A stretch of DNA of 64,000 bases from Myxococcaceae bacterium (GCA_003818285.1 RPRB01000006.1:2504-66503), one strand, 5' to 3'. Shown: positions 22,556-32,236, numbered from the stretch's first letter. Program-made: numbers and translations. The notes: generated by a model not told the origin, from the letters alone.

Positions 22556-24459
22556 GCGGTGGCCTCCAAGTCGATCTGGGTCGGGATGACGAGATCTTCG
22601 ACTGTGATGGTGACGAAGGTCTCGAAGGGTCCGGTCGTCAGGGGCTTCAGCGTGAGGCTGATGACCGTCGGGATCTCCTTGAGCGCGCCGTTGACTGCCG
22701 CCACGTCTGCGATCATCGGGATCAAAGGCTCGAGAACGAGGCGCTGATCCTTGGACGAGTTCGTGATGCTGACCGCCTTGACCAGGTCCTTGGCCTTCAG
22801 GTTCAGGAGGTCGATACCGTCGTCGTTGGGCGTGTAAGCGTCCACCGTGAACGCGAGCTCCGTGACCGTCGGGTCGATCAGGCTGACGAGGGAGTCGTAG
22901 ACCTGGTAGTCGGCCCCGACGTAGTCGGCTGAGCAGTAGGTCGGGGTGCCGGCGCTCTCGGTGTAGGGGGGTTCGTCCTTCCCGATCAGGCAGGCGAAGG
23001 TGATCTTGCTGAGGGCGGCTCCCGTGTCCCCGTCCAGGGAGTGAGCAATGGTGATGACCTTGCCCGTGGCCTCGCCGCCGGGGAGCCGGCCGTTCGTGAC
23101 CTGGGCGTTCTTGCGCAGGCTGAACTCCAGCCCGACGTCCATCGGGCACTCGAACGTGATCTCGACGGCCCTGGCCTTGCCCAGCAGGTTGGCCCTGGCG
23201 ATGCAGAGCAGGTACTTGATGGCCGCCTGTCCGCGCTCGGTCGTGAAGAACTTGCGCCTTCGCACGTCGCCGATCGGGACCTCGTCGCCAATCCAGTCGC
23301 TGATCTTGTTGCCGTTGATCTCCACCCGGATGATCTCGTCCTCTCCGGGCTCGGTCACGATCGGCTGGCAGGACGTTTTGAGATTGATGACCAGGGTCTC
23401 GCGATACTTCCTGGACACGTCGTAGCCCAGCACAAGGCGACCGATCCCGTAGCCCAGGGGAGCGTAGGTCATCTCGACCTGGCTGCTGAAGCCAGCCGTC
23501 TCGCCGCTCCACCACTTGCCGCTGACCTTCGGCTCGAAGATGATCGAACCGACGGAGAGGGGCACCGGCGGGACGGGGTCGTCGAACGGGTGCTCCGGGT
23601 CGGCGAAGTAGTGCGGGATCTCCATCTCGGGGACGCTGAGCAGCGAGTGGTCTTCGAGCTCCCCCAGGATCACGATGTAGCCGCCGGGGACCTTGGCGCC
23701 GGTCTTGGGCCAGTCCCCAAACAGCCCCTTGAACGTGAAGGACGTCAGGAACTTCCCGCCCTGGTAAGCCTCGGGGTCGACCGGCCAGGCCTTCTCGATG
23801 AAGGGCATCATGTTGAGCCCGTCCCCAACGTCCACCACCACATCCTGGTCCCAGTCGACGGTTCCCTGCAGGACGATGGCGGAGGCCGGGGAGGCGTTCA
23901 GGGTCAACTGCATGTTCTCGTAGAACTGATCGTCCTCGGACAGCGTGACCGTGCCGTCTTCGCCGGAGATGATCGAGCTGACCGTCAGGTCGTGAGTCAC
24001 CGGGTCAACGTGCCAGTGCACGGCGCGGCTCTCCAGCACGACGTCCGGGTCGTCCAGCTTGTCCTCGGAGATGAAGATCGGATCGTAGAAGGGGGAGACC
24101 TTGAGCGTGTCGGCCAGCGCAGCCTTCTGCTCCAGATAGTCCTCGGGGCGAGCCGTGAAGGTGACCGTCACGATCTCGGCGAAGACGTCCGTCGGGACGC
24201 CGACGATGCGGCCATAGAAGATCGGGATGATCACGCCCGCGTCGATCTCCTTGGACAGAAACGCCCACCGCATCCGGCCAGGCTTCAGGAAGCCCCCGTC
24301 CCTCGGGTTCCTCAGGTCGATGTCGATCTGCGCGAACTCGCCCTCGGTGTGGATGAACTCGAACGCCAGGACGTCCTCGTCCACAACGTTGTGCACGTCA
24401 GGATCGAAGGCGATCCCGCCGGAGGCCACGTACGCGAAGTAGAAGCGGTCCTTTGCCAT
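22552..24459 (-). CDS. large distal tail / hub protein (635 aa)
   Basis: Second gene after the tape measure, with a coupled start. Size and position fit a tail hub (Tal-like). No enzymatic motif seen. Confidence 0.65.
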   Translation of the reverse strand: MAKDRFYFAYVASGGIAFDPDVHNVVDEDVLAFEFIHTEGEFAQIDIDLRNPRDGGFLKPGRMRWAFLSKEIDAGVIIPIFYGRIVGVPTDVFAEIVTVTFTARPEDYLEQKAALADTLKVSPFYDPIFISEDKLDDPDVVLESRAVHWHVDPVTHDLTVSSIISGEDGTVTLSEDDQFYENMQLTLNASPASAIVLQGTVDWDQDVVVDVGDGLNMMPFIEKAWPVDPEAYQGGKFLTSFTFKGLFGDWPKTGAKVPGGYIVILGELEDHSLLSVPEMEIPHYFADPEHPFDDPVPPVPLSVGSIIFEPKVSGKWWSGETAGFSSQVEMTYAPLGYGIGRLVLGYDVSRKYRETLVINLKTSCQPIVTEPGEDEIIRVEINGNKISDWIGDEVPIGDVRRRKFFTTERGQAAIKYLLCIARANLLGKARAVEITFECPMDVGLEFSLRKNAQVTNGRLPGGEATGKVITIAHSLDGDTGAALSKITFACLIGKDEPPYTESAGTPTYCSADYVGADYQVYDSLVSLIDPTVTELAFTVDAYTPNDDGIDLLNLKAKDLVKAVSITNSSKDQRLVLEPLIPMIADVAAVNGALKEIPTVISLTLKPLTTGPFETFVTITVEDLVIPTQIDLEATA

Positions 24460-24914
24460 CAGCTTGGGTCGTCGTCCAGTTCATACTCTTCGAGCGCAAC
24501 GCTCCAGTTCACGCCCGCCGCCCACTCCTCCTCGGAGATCGAAAAGCTCATGACGCGCATGACCAGGACCGGCCGGTAGTAGGTCCAGGCCCCTTCGACC
24601 ACGTGGCTACCTGGCACCGCGTCGCGCTCCTGAGCTCCGCCGGAGGTCTTGTACGAGAGGAAGGACAGGCACCTGACGGTCACCAGGGTTCCGGGGAAGT
24701 ACGCGAACGGCGGCCGCTGGTCGGCGCCGCTGACGCTCGAGGCGAACAGCTTGAACTGTGGCAGCGAGACGTCGATCAGCTTTCCGTTGATCGACCTGCG
24801 CATCTGCGCCGCCTGCTGGATCGGGGCCAGCGTCTGAGTCAAGCCTCGGGCCGAGTAGGGCGGCAGGCCGGCGCCGCTGATCTCGAGGAGCGTTGAGAAC
24901 CCTGGTGCTGGCAT
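24459..24914 (-). CDS. distal tail protein (151 aa)
   Basis: Internal ATG with a TAATG junction to the tape measure stop. The position fits a Dit-like protein. Confidence 0.6.
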   Translation of the reverse strand: MPAPGFSTLLEISGAGLPPYSARGLTQTLAPIQQAAQMRRSINGKLIDVSLPQFKLFASSVSGADQRPPFAYFPGTLVTVRCLSFLSYKTSGGAQERDAVPGSHVVEGAWTYYRPVLVMRVMSFSISEEEWAAGVNWSVALEEYELDDDPS

Positions 24915-27076
24915 TATCGTCCCACCCACTGCGGCTTGCGTCCGGTCGACCTGGTCTGCCGCCGGACCGCGTACTTGATCAGGCCCCTGGCGCTGTCCTC
25001 GGACGCCGTCACCGGGAAGCTCTCGCCACCCGGCAGGTTCAGGACGATGGGCCTGCCCCCGGCGGCCGGAGCCTGGACTGGCCCCCCATCCGCGAACCGT
25101 GGCCTGCTGACGCTGCCTGCGAGCCCGCCCAGCGCGTGCTGGAAAGCCCCGCCAGGATTGAAGGTCCCGTTGTTGACTGAGCGCATGAACGCGTGGCCGT
25201 ACTTGCGGACCGCCCTGGCGCGGATGACCCACTCGTTGTTCGAGAGCCAAGCCGGGATGCTGTCGGAGGTGGAGGTTCCGGGTCCCCGGATGTGCCCGCC
25301 TCCGGCGGCCTTGACCTCCCCGCCGCCCGCCGCGTTGTTGGCCTTGCTCTTGATCTTGTCCAGGAGCGACAGGAGGCTCTGGGCGAAGGTGAAGAGCCCA
25401 CCCAGCTTCGACATGACGAACTCGACCGCGGCATTCCAGACGTTCTGAAAGGTCTGCGTGATCGACGTCCAGATCCCGTTGACGGTGTCAGCGATGAACT
25501 GGAGGCCAGACCTGATCGCGTCGGGCAGGGTGACGGTGAAGAAGTTGACGAGCCCGTTCCAGACGGCGATGCTCGCATCGACGATCCACTTCCAGCCCGC
25601 AGCTACGATCTCTCCGAGGCTCTTCAGAGCAGATGAGATCGCGTCGGGCAGAGTCGTTCCGAAGAACGTGGTGATGCCCTGCAGGATCGACGACACCCCC
25701 GACGAGATCGCCTGCGGAAGAGTCGTCCCGAAGAACGTGACGAGCGCCGCCCAGACCTTGGTGATGTCCCCGCCCATCGCCTCGAAGGCGGCGAACGCCA
25801 GCATAACCGCGGCGATGGCCAGGCCGATCGGACCGAGCGACGCGACCACAAGACGCAGAGCAACCGCCAGGCCCCGGAGACCAATGGCCGCAAATCCAAG
25901 CGCTTGGGGCAGGCGAAGGAGGACGCTGAGGACGATCTGGAAGGCGCCACCTCCGGCCTTGAGCAGCGCGAACAGGACCGTGAAGGCTCGGGTCATCAGT
26001 CCCACAAGAACGACGATGGCCAGGCCGCCGCCCGTGAGCTCCGTCCCGAAGACCGCGTTGATCGCGGCGGCCACCGGCTGCAGGGCAGCGACGAAGGAGT
26101 TGATCGCGGGGATGACCGCGTTCTGGATGATGTTCGCGATCGTCCCGACGGCCTGGCCGATCACGGTGAACGCCCGCTCGACGCCTCCGCCCTGGACGAA
26201 CGCGTCGATCTTGGCGGCGATCGAGTCGAACGTGGCGATGATCTTCGCTCGGTTCTGCTCGAACAGGGCGACCACGCGGTTGACGATGCCGGAGACTGCA
26301 GGACCGAGACTCCGCTGCATGTCGCCGATGAAGGTGTCCGCCGCCCGTCCGGCCGTGATGAGCGAACCGGCGAGGGTTCCGCCGAACGTGTCGGCCAGCT
26401 TGCCGAAGGCCTCCTGCTTGGCCGCCGTAGCCTGAAGCCGCTGCGTCTCCTCCCGCAGCGCCTCCTCCTGCTGCCGGGTGAACTCCGCTTCCTTCTGAGA
26501 CTGCTTGTACGAGAAGTTCAGATCCTGGATCGCCTGGTCGTACTCAGAGAAGGAGAGCTTGCCGTTGGCCAGGTCCCGATTGAGCCCCTGAACCGACTGG
26601 CGATAGCTGAACTGCGCCTTCTCGGTGGCCTGGGCAGTCTGGGCGGCTCGGATCTGCGCGTCGGTCTGCGAGTCCTGCGACTTGCCAGCCTCGTCGTAGG
26701 ACTTGGCAGCCAGCCTCGCCCCGGCGATCAGGCCTCCGCTGACCGCCGCAGCCATCGTGGCGACCCGACGGGAGCCCATGATGAAGCGGTTCGAGGCAGT
26801 GGCTGCGCGTCCCAGCCCGGACGTGAGCTTGCCGAAGCCGCTGGACATCGCCTCGATCGAGCCGAGCGCGCCAGGTGCAGGCCTGAGCTGCTGCAGAGCC
26901 TTGGCTCCGGAGCGCATCTGCGTGAACCAGCTGCTCAGGCTCTTGCCGGACCGCGCCGCCGCGCCGTCGATCGTCGCGAACGCGGTCTGTCCGGCCGCGC
27001 CGAGCGCAAGGAGGCCAGCCTCGGCTTGGGGCAGGCCTTCGATCCTGACTTCGGAAACGAGGTCTTCGTCAGCCAT
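24914..27076 (-). CDS. tape measure protein
   Basis: 720 aa, Ala/Gly/Gln-rich and helical. It has hydrophobic segments (GGLAIVVLVGLMTRAFTVLFALL) and lies downstream of the chaperone pair. Confidence 0.85.
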   Translation of the reverse strand: MADEDLVSEVRIEGLPQAEAGLLALGAAGQTAFATIDGAAARSGKSLSSWFTQMRSGAKALQQLRPAPGALGSIEAMSSGFGKLTSGLGRAATASNRFIMGSRRVATMAAAVSGGLIAGARLAAKSYDEAGKSQDSQTDAQIRAAQTAQATEKAQFSYRQSVQGLNRDLANGKLSFSEYDQAIQDLNFSYKQSQKEAEFTRQQEEALREETQRLQATAAKQEAFGKLADTFGGTLAGSLITAGRAADTFIGDMQRSLGPAVSGIVNRVVALFEQNRAKIIATFDSIAAKIDAFVQGGGVERAFTVIGQAVGTIANIIQNAVIPAINSFVAALQPVAAAINAVFGTELTGGGLAIVVLVGLMTRAFTVLFALLKAGGGAFQIVLSVLLRLPQALGFAAIGLRGLAVALRLVVASLGPIGLAIAAVMLAFAAFEAMGGDITKVWAALVTFFGTTLPQAISSGVSSILQGITTFFGTTLPDAISSALKSLGEIVAAGWKWIVDASIAVWNGLVNFFTVTLPDAIRSGLQFIADTVNGIWTSITQTFQNVWNAAVEFVMSKLGGLFTFAQSLLSLLDKIKSKANNAAGGGEVKAAGGGHIRGPGTSTSDSIPAWLSNNEWVIRARAVRKYGHAFMRSVNNGTFNPGGAFQHALGGLAGSVSRPRFADGGPVQAPAAGGRPIVLNLPGGESFPVTASEDSARGLIKYAVRRQTRSTGRKPQWVGR

Positions 27077-27632
27077 TGGTCCGCAGGGCCTCCCGGTAGT
27101 ATCGACCGAGCCGCTTCTGCTCCTGCCGAACGATGTCTCGCAGCCGCCACTTGCGCGGGATGACCACGAACTCCTTGCCCACGTACTTGGCCTCCACCGT
27201 CCCGGCGCCCGTCCGGGCCATCAGGAGCGGCGATCGGCCCAGCCGCTCGACGCGGAAGAGATTTCCGGGGTAGTCGCGTGCCCTGATCCCCTGGGCTTCC
27301 CTGGCCCACGGCAGGGGTATCCACAAGAGGGGGCGGCCAAAGATCTTCGCCCCGAACTCGAACACCCGCCAGTAGAACACGCTGTGCGTGACCCGGATGC
27401 TCAGCCGAACGCGGCTCCGAAAGGACAGGTACGCCCGGAAGCCAGCCTGCCACCGAGCGCTGCCGAAGTTCCCTCCGGCCTTGATGTTTTCGCGACCCCG
27501 AGTCTCAATGGCCGCCGCTGCCCGACGGGCAGAAGCCTGCGTGGCCTTGACCATCTTCTCGGAGTAGCGCTTTGTCTGCGCACTCCAGAGCTGGCCGACG
27601 GCCTTGCCATTGAACGAGACCCGGATGGTCAC
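27069..27632 (-). CDS. hypothetical tail-module protein (187 aa)
   Basis: ORF MTIRVSFNGKAVGQLW... It sits unusually between the chaperone frameshift product and the tape measure. Confidence 0.55.
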   Translation of the reverse strand: MTIRVSFNGKAVGQLWSAQTKRYSEKMVKATQASARRAAAAIETRGRENIKAGGNFGSARWQAGFRAYLSFRSRVRLSIRVTHSVFYWRVFEFGAKIFGRPLLWIPLPWAREAQGIRARDYPGNLFRVERLGRSPLLMARTGAGTVEAKYVGKEFVVIPRKWRLRDIVRQEQKRLGRYYREALRTNG

Positions 27633-28260
27633 TGCGACTTGTCCTCCAGTTGCTTCATGAACTTAGCGAAGCCCTTCTTGTCGGCGTGCGCAGAGTTCCT
27701 CAGCAGCACGACCAGCCTGGCATCCCTCGCCATCTGGTCCCGTTCGATCACTTCGCACCAGGCGCTGAGCTGTCTGGGGGTGTAGCCCCAGGCGGCTTCG
27801 ACGGGGTGCCCTGCTCGGATGACTGTGTTGAGGGCGCGGGCAATCTCGTAGCCGCTCCCTTGGTAGGCCCGTCGGCGACGCCGCCGCCCGCGCCCCACAG
27901 CTCCGACAGGCCGTCGACGAAAGACTGCAGGCCCTGGGGGAAGGTGCACTCGACGATCCCCATGACCAGCAGGGCCGTGACCCCGGCCGGCAGCTCCAGG
28001 CACTCCTGGATCGCGTCCGGGTCGTCCTTCTTCCCCAGTCCGGCCGCGCACAGCTTGGCCAGCATGACGGGCGACTGCGAGAGTAGCGAGCTCACGATGT
28101 CACCCTCGAGCCTCTTCTCGGCGAACACCAGACGCAGCTCCGGGATCTCCGACAGGAGGTTCATAATGAACGCAGCGCTGAGGCCCTTTACCTCAGCGAT
28201 CTTCCGGTCCTTGACCTTGACCTCGAAGGTCATGGCACCCAGGTCAACAAGACTTACCAC
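27629..28260 (-). CDS. tail assembly chaperone -1 frameshift product (GT-like)
   Basis: ORF 27629..28051 is in the -1 frame relative to 27748..28260. Its C-terminal part is protein-like (YEIARALNTVIRAGHPVEAAWGYTPRQLSAWCEVIERD...). I could not pin down the slip site. Confidence 0.45.
27748..28260 (-). CDS. tail assembly chaperone (G-like, zero frame)
   Basis: Lies between the tube and tape measure genes. The last ~50 codons are low-complexity and overlap a -1 frame ORF. Confidence 0.6.
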   Translation of the reverse strand: MVSLVDLGAMTFEVKVKDRKIAEVKGLSAAFIMNLLSEIPELRLVFAEKRLEGDIVSSLLSQSPVMLAKLCAAGLGKKDDPDAIQECLELPAGVTALLVMGIVECTFPQGLQSFVDGLSELWGAGGGVADGPTKGAATRLPAPSTQSSEQGTPSKPPGATPPDSSAPGAK

Positions 28261-28332
28261 TCTACTCTCCTCGTTAGGAGGCGCCCGCTTTGGGAAGCGG
28301 ACGCCGCCGGGTTAGGGCCGCCCGAAGCAGGC

Positions 28333-28887
28333 TTAGCTGGCGTCCGCCAGGTTGGTCCACTTGAGGATGCCGAACTTGCCGAGCGTGTCGCCCACGGTCT
28401 CGCTGACGAGCATCTCGCCCTCGAGCTCCATGTTGCCCCACTCGTCCTCCTCGAAGGCTCCGAACTCCCCGTTCGGGTTCAGGCTGACCCGGTACAGGAG
28501 CCAGTCGATCCGCGGACCGACGTCATTGGTGGCTTCGATCTTGAGCTGACCGATGATCTCGGTCTCGGCGAAGATCTCGACCTCAGGTCCGCCGACTGCG
28601 TCTTCGTCGAGGGTGCCCATGACCATCAGAGCCACGTTGTACGGCGTGAACTCCTCCATGGTGATGGCGAGGGTTCCGCCCTGCTCCAGGAGCACGCTCA
28701 GGTCCTTCTGACGAATGCCTTCGCGAGAGGTGAAGTGATCGAGCTTTTCGTTCGTCGGGGTGATGGTCGCTTCGGTGCAGTTGCCGAGGTCGGTCCAGTC
28801 TACGGCGCCGTCCTTCTTGAACGACACTTTGCCCTTGCCGATCCGATAGTTGCCGGTGTTCGGGCTGATGAGGGTTGGTTCAGGCAT
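28333..28887 (-). CDS. major tail tube protein (candidate)
   Basis: 184 aa, beta-rich, immediately upstream of the chaperone pair. Confidence 0.6.
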   Translation of the reverse strand: MPEPTLISPNTGNYRIGKGKVSFKKDGAVDWTDLGNCTEATITPTNEKLDHFTSREGIRQKDLSVLLEQGGTLAITMEEFTPYNVALMVMGTLDEDAVGGPEVEIFAETEIIGQLKIEATNDVGPRIDWLLYRVSLNPNGEFGAFEEDEWGNMELEGEMLVSETVGDTLGKFGILKWTNLADAS

Positions 28888-28900
28888 ATCTCAAATTCTC

Positions 28901-29380
28901 CTATTGTCGCGTTGGATCGAACACGTAGGTGATGGAGAAGTCGAGCCGCATCTGACCTTCACCAGAGCTTCCACCCTTCATGTCGACGTCAGTGCCAGTC
29001 AGCTCGATAGCTCCGTTTGGTCCGACGAGGGTCCTCAGCGCCGCGTCCATTTCGACGGCGGCAAGGTATGCGAGCCTCATCGTATTCAACTCAGTACCGA
29101 TTTCTTCGTTTAGCGGCCGGCGGTCCTTCACAAGGAAGTAGACTTCAGGCCGCATCGTCACAAGCTGCGGGCCGATGCCGCTCGCTCCTCCCCTGCCCTG
29201 CCGCGACCCTGTGAGCCGCGAGGTCTCCGCGCCGTCGAGCAGGACAGAAGCTGGCCGCTCGTCCTGATCCACAAGCCCGCGGTTGCGATACGCGTTCTTG
29301 AACCGCGCCGAGTCAGTGACCGTCAGCCCTACGATCGTGGCGAAGAGCTGAGAGAGGATTTGTTCGCGCTTGTCGGCCAT
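28901..29380 (-). CDS. neck / tail terminator-like protein (159 aa)
   Basis: Position between connector genes and the tube gene. No specific motif. Confidence 0.5.
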   Translation of the reverse strand: MADKREQILSQLFATIVGLTVTDSARFKNAYRNRGLVDQDERPASVLLDGAETSRLTGSRQGRGGASGIGPQLVTMRPEVYFLVKDRRPLNEEIGTELNTMRLAYLAAVEMDAALRTLVGPNGAIELTGTDVDMKGGSSGEGQMRLDFSITYVFDPTRQ

Positions 29381-29387
29381 GCCGCCC

Positions 29388-29762
29388 TCAGTACGAAACG
29401 TCTAGATCGCCGGTTGCGATGGCCACCTTCTCCCCGCTGTCCACGCCGACCGACGAGACAATTTTCTTGGCCAGGCGATTGCCAGCCGAGGCTGCGTCGT
29501 GGAGGGTCACGTAGGTCACGGTCGCTGCCCCGGAGGCGTCCCCGAAGTCGATCTCCGCCGTGTTCGACATGGCGCGAGCAGCGATGGAGCCGAACGTGAC
29601 CGCCTGGCGGGTCAGGGCGACGGTGCCCGTGACCTCCGTGCCTGCCCCGTCGGGGTCGCCGTTGTAGAGTCCGGCGTAGACGTTTGCCGGGTCGGAAGGG
29701 AAAGCGCTGCTCTTCAGCCAGTTGAGCAGTGCGTCTCCGAGGTAGGTGGACATGTCGGACAT
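29388..29762 (-). CDS. conserved virion-module protein, paralog of 17780..18178 (124 aa)
   Basis: Shares STYLG..(L/I)..WL, the YxxL(Y/F)xGDP..AG.EV block and DAASAGNRLA with 17780..18178. Confidence 0.65.
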   Translation of the reverse strand: MSDMSTYLGDALLNWLKSSAFPSDPANVYAGLYNGDPDGAGTEVTGTVALTRQAVTFGSIAARAMSNTAEIDFGDASGAATVTYVTLHDAASAGNRLAKKIVSSVGVDSGEKVAIATGDLDVSY

Positions 29763-29790
29763 GGTCTAGGGATCTCCTTTGGTGCCCGTC

Positions 29791-29997
29791 TCAGCCTTCC
29801 AGCTTCGACTTGATGATCGGGATCGGCTCTTGCGGAGCCGGGTTGCTGGGATCGCGACGCGGCTCACCTGGCCGGCGCAGCCCCATGCTGAAGCCGACCT
29901 TGCCGAGAACGACCTTCGTCTTGCCAGTCTCCGGGTCCTCGATGCGGTGGGGCTTCCTCTTGTCGATGCCAGCCTCCTCCGCGTACTTCTTTTCCAT
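29791..29997 (-). CDS. small basic hypothetical protein (68 aa)
   Basis: ORF MEKKYAEEAGIDKRKPHRIEDPETGK... Confidence 0.4.
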   Translation of the reverse strand: MEKKYAEEAGIDKRKPHRIEDPETGKTKVVLGKVGFSMGLRRPGEPRRDPSNPAPQEPIPIIKSKLEG

Positions 29998-30009
29998 CGT
30001 TCAAACTCC

Positions 30010-31851
30010 CTACGGGGGTGTAGCTCTGATTTCGAAACCGAGCCCGTTCAGTTCGCGGAAAGCGTTTCCGCCCGTCGCCGTGATGGCCATCGTCTCGGCT
30101 GCGGTCGAAGCAGACTGACGTTGGGCGACGAGATACTGCATGCCCGGTACGGCCGTGCTTCCGTTGGTCAGGACCGTTGCAGCATTGGGTCCAAGAGCTG
30201 CCGTGTTGAAGTCGTCATTCTCCGCCGCCTCTCCAACCGCAACCGCCCCTCCCATCCAGACCCAGCGGGAAGAGGTGGTTTCGGAATTGACAGTCGACAA
30301 TCCCCAAGAGACGGCGCTCGCTCCGTTCGCGCTCATCGTCCGCGAACTGCGGATGAAGCTCTGCGGGCTTGCCGACACGCCCCAAACGGCTGCATGCCCG
30401 CCCGAGATCTCGTACGCGCCGATGAACGATCGCTGCTTCGTCCCGCCCAGCGTCGCCGTCACCGTCATTCCGGTCTGCGCAGTAGGAACAAAGATGATGC
30501 GGAAGTCGATGACGCAGTTCTTCGTGACGGTCTGGTTCCACGTGGTCGCGTTCACGTCAACCGCAAGGACCGTCAAGCCCTTGTTGTTCGTGACGTTGCT
30601 GACGGTCGCGCCCGTGCCGACGACCATCGTCAGGACTGCAACGTAGCTCCCGGCCGCAACGTTGAACGAAGCGCTGGCAAGCGAGCCGCCCGTGGTGCCG
30701 CTGTTGACTGCGCTCTGGACGATGGTGGCCACCTGAAGGTTCGCCGACACGGCGGCCGTGCTGGCGGTCTCGATCGTCTCGCTGAAGCCCTCCCCGTCAG
30801 TGTAGGACACGCGGCAGCGCAGCGCCTTGCCGACCAGCGAGTGCTCCACCGTGTAGGCAGCGGACGTTGCGCCCGAGATGTCCACGCTGTCCGTGTGGTT
30901 GCGCCACTGATAGGTGATGCCGGTGGCCGGACCATCCGGGTCGTCGTCGTTGAACGTGCAGGTGATCGTCTGACCTTCGACGGGCGTCGTGTCGTCGATC
31001 GATGCGGTCGCGTCGCCGCTGTCCACAGGACCCGACGGGATCGAAGTGACGATGGCGTTGTCGATCGCAAAGCCCAGCCCGAAGTTCACAGCCGGAACAT
31101 ACTGCGTGTTCTCGACGACCGAAGCCATGCTGAAGCCCAGGCCGAAGCTCGCCGAGATGAACTCGGTGCTCATCGCCCTGACGATCGCCGCCGCGTTGAA
31201 GCCCAGGCTGAAGTCCGCAGCGATATACTGCGTGTTCTCGATGATCGCCGCCGCGTCGAAGCCCAGGCCAAACGCGACCGGGCCGATGTACTTGATCTCT
31301 GTGACCGGAGACTCGATGATGAAGCCCAGGTCGAACGATGCTTGCAGCTCATAGACCGCCCGCGCGATCGGGACCATGCCGAACCCGAAGCCAAAGGACG
31401 CGCCGTGGATCTCGTTGACGATCGCGATGTCGGCGACCTCCGAGTCGAAGCCCACGCCCAGGGCGATGGCTCCGATGAGCTCGACGGGCCGGAGGTAGTT
31501 GACCGTCTGATTGTAGGTCACCGCACAGTCGTAGAAGAAGATCGTCGGGTCGCTCTGACGGGGACCCTTGATCGGCTCGACAATGTTGTACTCAGCCCCG
31601 GCGAAGAAGATCTTGTCAAGCTTGTGGTTCGGGGCCTCGCTTCCAAACTCCTCCAGGCTCAGAGCGGAGACGAGGATGCGGGATGCGCCTTCCTCGTGCA
31701 GCCCCTTCTCGCGCGGGTTGTACTCCAGGCGCGCAGCACGGCACTTCCTCGTCACGCCTCCGCGGACGATGAGAGCCTGGTCAGCGTCGATCTTCCCCAG
31801 CTTCTTGAGCTGGCGATCGACGACCTTGCGTGCCCGTGTGTAAGAGACCAT
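30010..31851 (-). CDS. large virion protein with FGLGF repeats and an Ig-like domain (613 aa)
   Basis: Seven ~20-aa repeats centred on (F/L)G(L/F/V)GF. These are followed by TITCTFNDDDPDGPATGITYQWRN ... RCRVSYTDGEG (Ig-like) and then a Ser/Thr/Ala-rich C-terminal domain. Confidence 0.7.
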   Translation of the reverse strand: MVSYTRARKVVDRQLKKLGKIDADQALIVRGGVTRKCRAARLEYNPREKGLHEEGASRILVSALSLEEFGSEAPNHKLDKIFFAGAEYNIVEPIKGPRQSDPTIFFYDCAVTYNQTVNYLRPVELIGAIALGVGFDSEVADIAIVNEIHGASFGFGFGMVPIARAVYELQASFDLGFIIESPVTEIKYIGPVAFGLGFDAAAIIENTQYIAADFSLGFNAAAIVRAMSTEFISASFGLGFSMASVVENTQYVPAVNFGLGFAIDNAIVTSIPSGPVDSGDATASIDDTTPVEGQTITCTFNDDDPDGPATGITYQWRNHTDSVDISGATSAAYTVEHSLVGKALRCRVSYTDGEGFSETIETASTAAVSANLQVATIVQSAVNSGTTGGSLASASFNVAAGSYVAVLTMVVGTGATVSNVTNNKGLTVLAVDVNATTWNQTVTKNCVIDFRIIFVPTAQTGMTVTATLGGTKQRSFIGAYEISGGHAAVWGVSASPQSFIRSSRTMSANGASAVSWGLSTVNSETTSSRWVWMGGAVAVGEAAENDDFNTAALGPNAATVLTNGSTAVPGMQYLVAQRQSASTAAETMAITATGGNAFRELNGLGFEIRATPP

Positions 31852-31852
31852 C

Positions 31853-32236
31853 TCAGATCGCGACGATGGCTGGTTTGTTGCGGGTCAGAAGTCGAAGATA
31901 GTTCCGGCCATAGATCGTACTGGCGTAGTCGCTCATCCCGGAGGACAGGTCGGCCTTGTCGTCGAAGTACGAGATCGAGAGGACCCCGCCGAAGCTTTCG
32001 CTGGCGATCCGGCCGGAGCCCGTGTCGATCTCGGCGTCGTCCCCGGAGGAGTTCTCCGTCGCAATCATGTGCGCCGCCAGGTACATGATCGCCGGCTGGT
32101 AGTCGGGTTCCGCCCACGACTCGTCGACTGAGGCCGAAGCCTCAGTCAGGATCAGGGTGACGTAGTCGTCGTCCTGTCCCTCAAAGACCGGGAAGCGAGC
32201 TTTGAACTGGGCGGCGTCGGGAACAGTGTACGGCAT
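31853..32236 (-). CDS. head-tail adaptor (DUF4054-like)
   Basis: QFKARFPVFEG ... IMYLAAHMIA ... SESFGGVLSISY matches the pattern I recall for DUF4054 connector proteins. Confidence 0.6.
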   Translation of the reverse strand: MPYTVPDAAQFKARFPVFEGQDDDYVTLILTEASASVDESWAEPDYQPAIMYLAAHMIATENSSGDDAEIDTGSGRIASESFGGVLSISYFDDKADLSSGMSDYASTIYGRNYLRLLTRNKPAIVAI

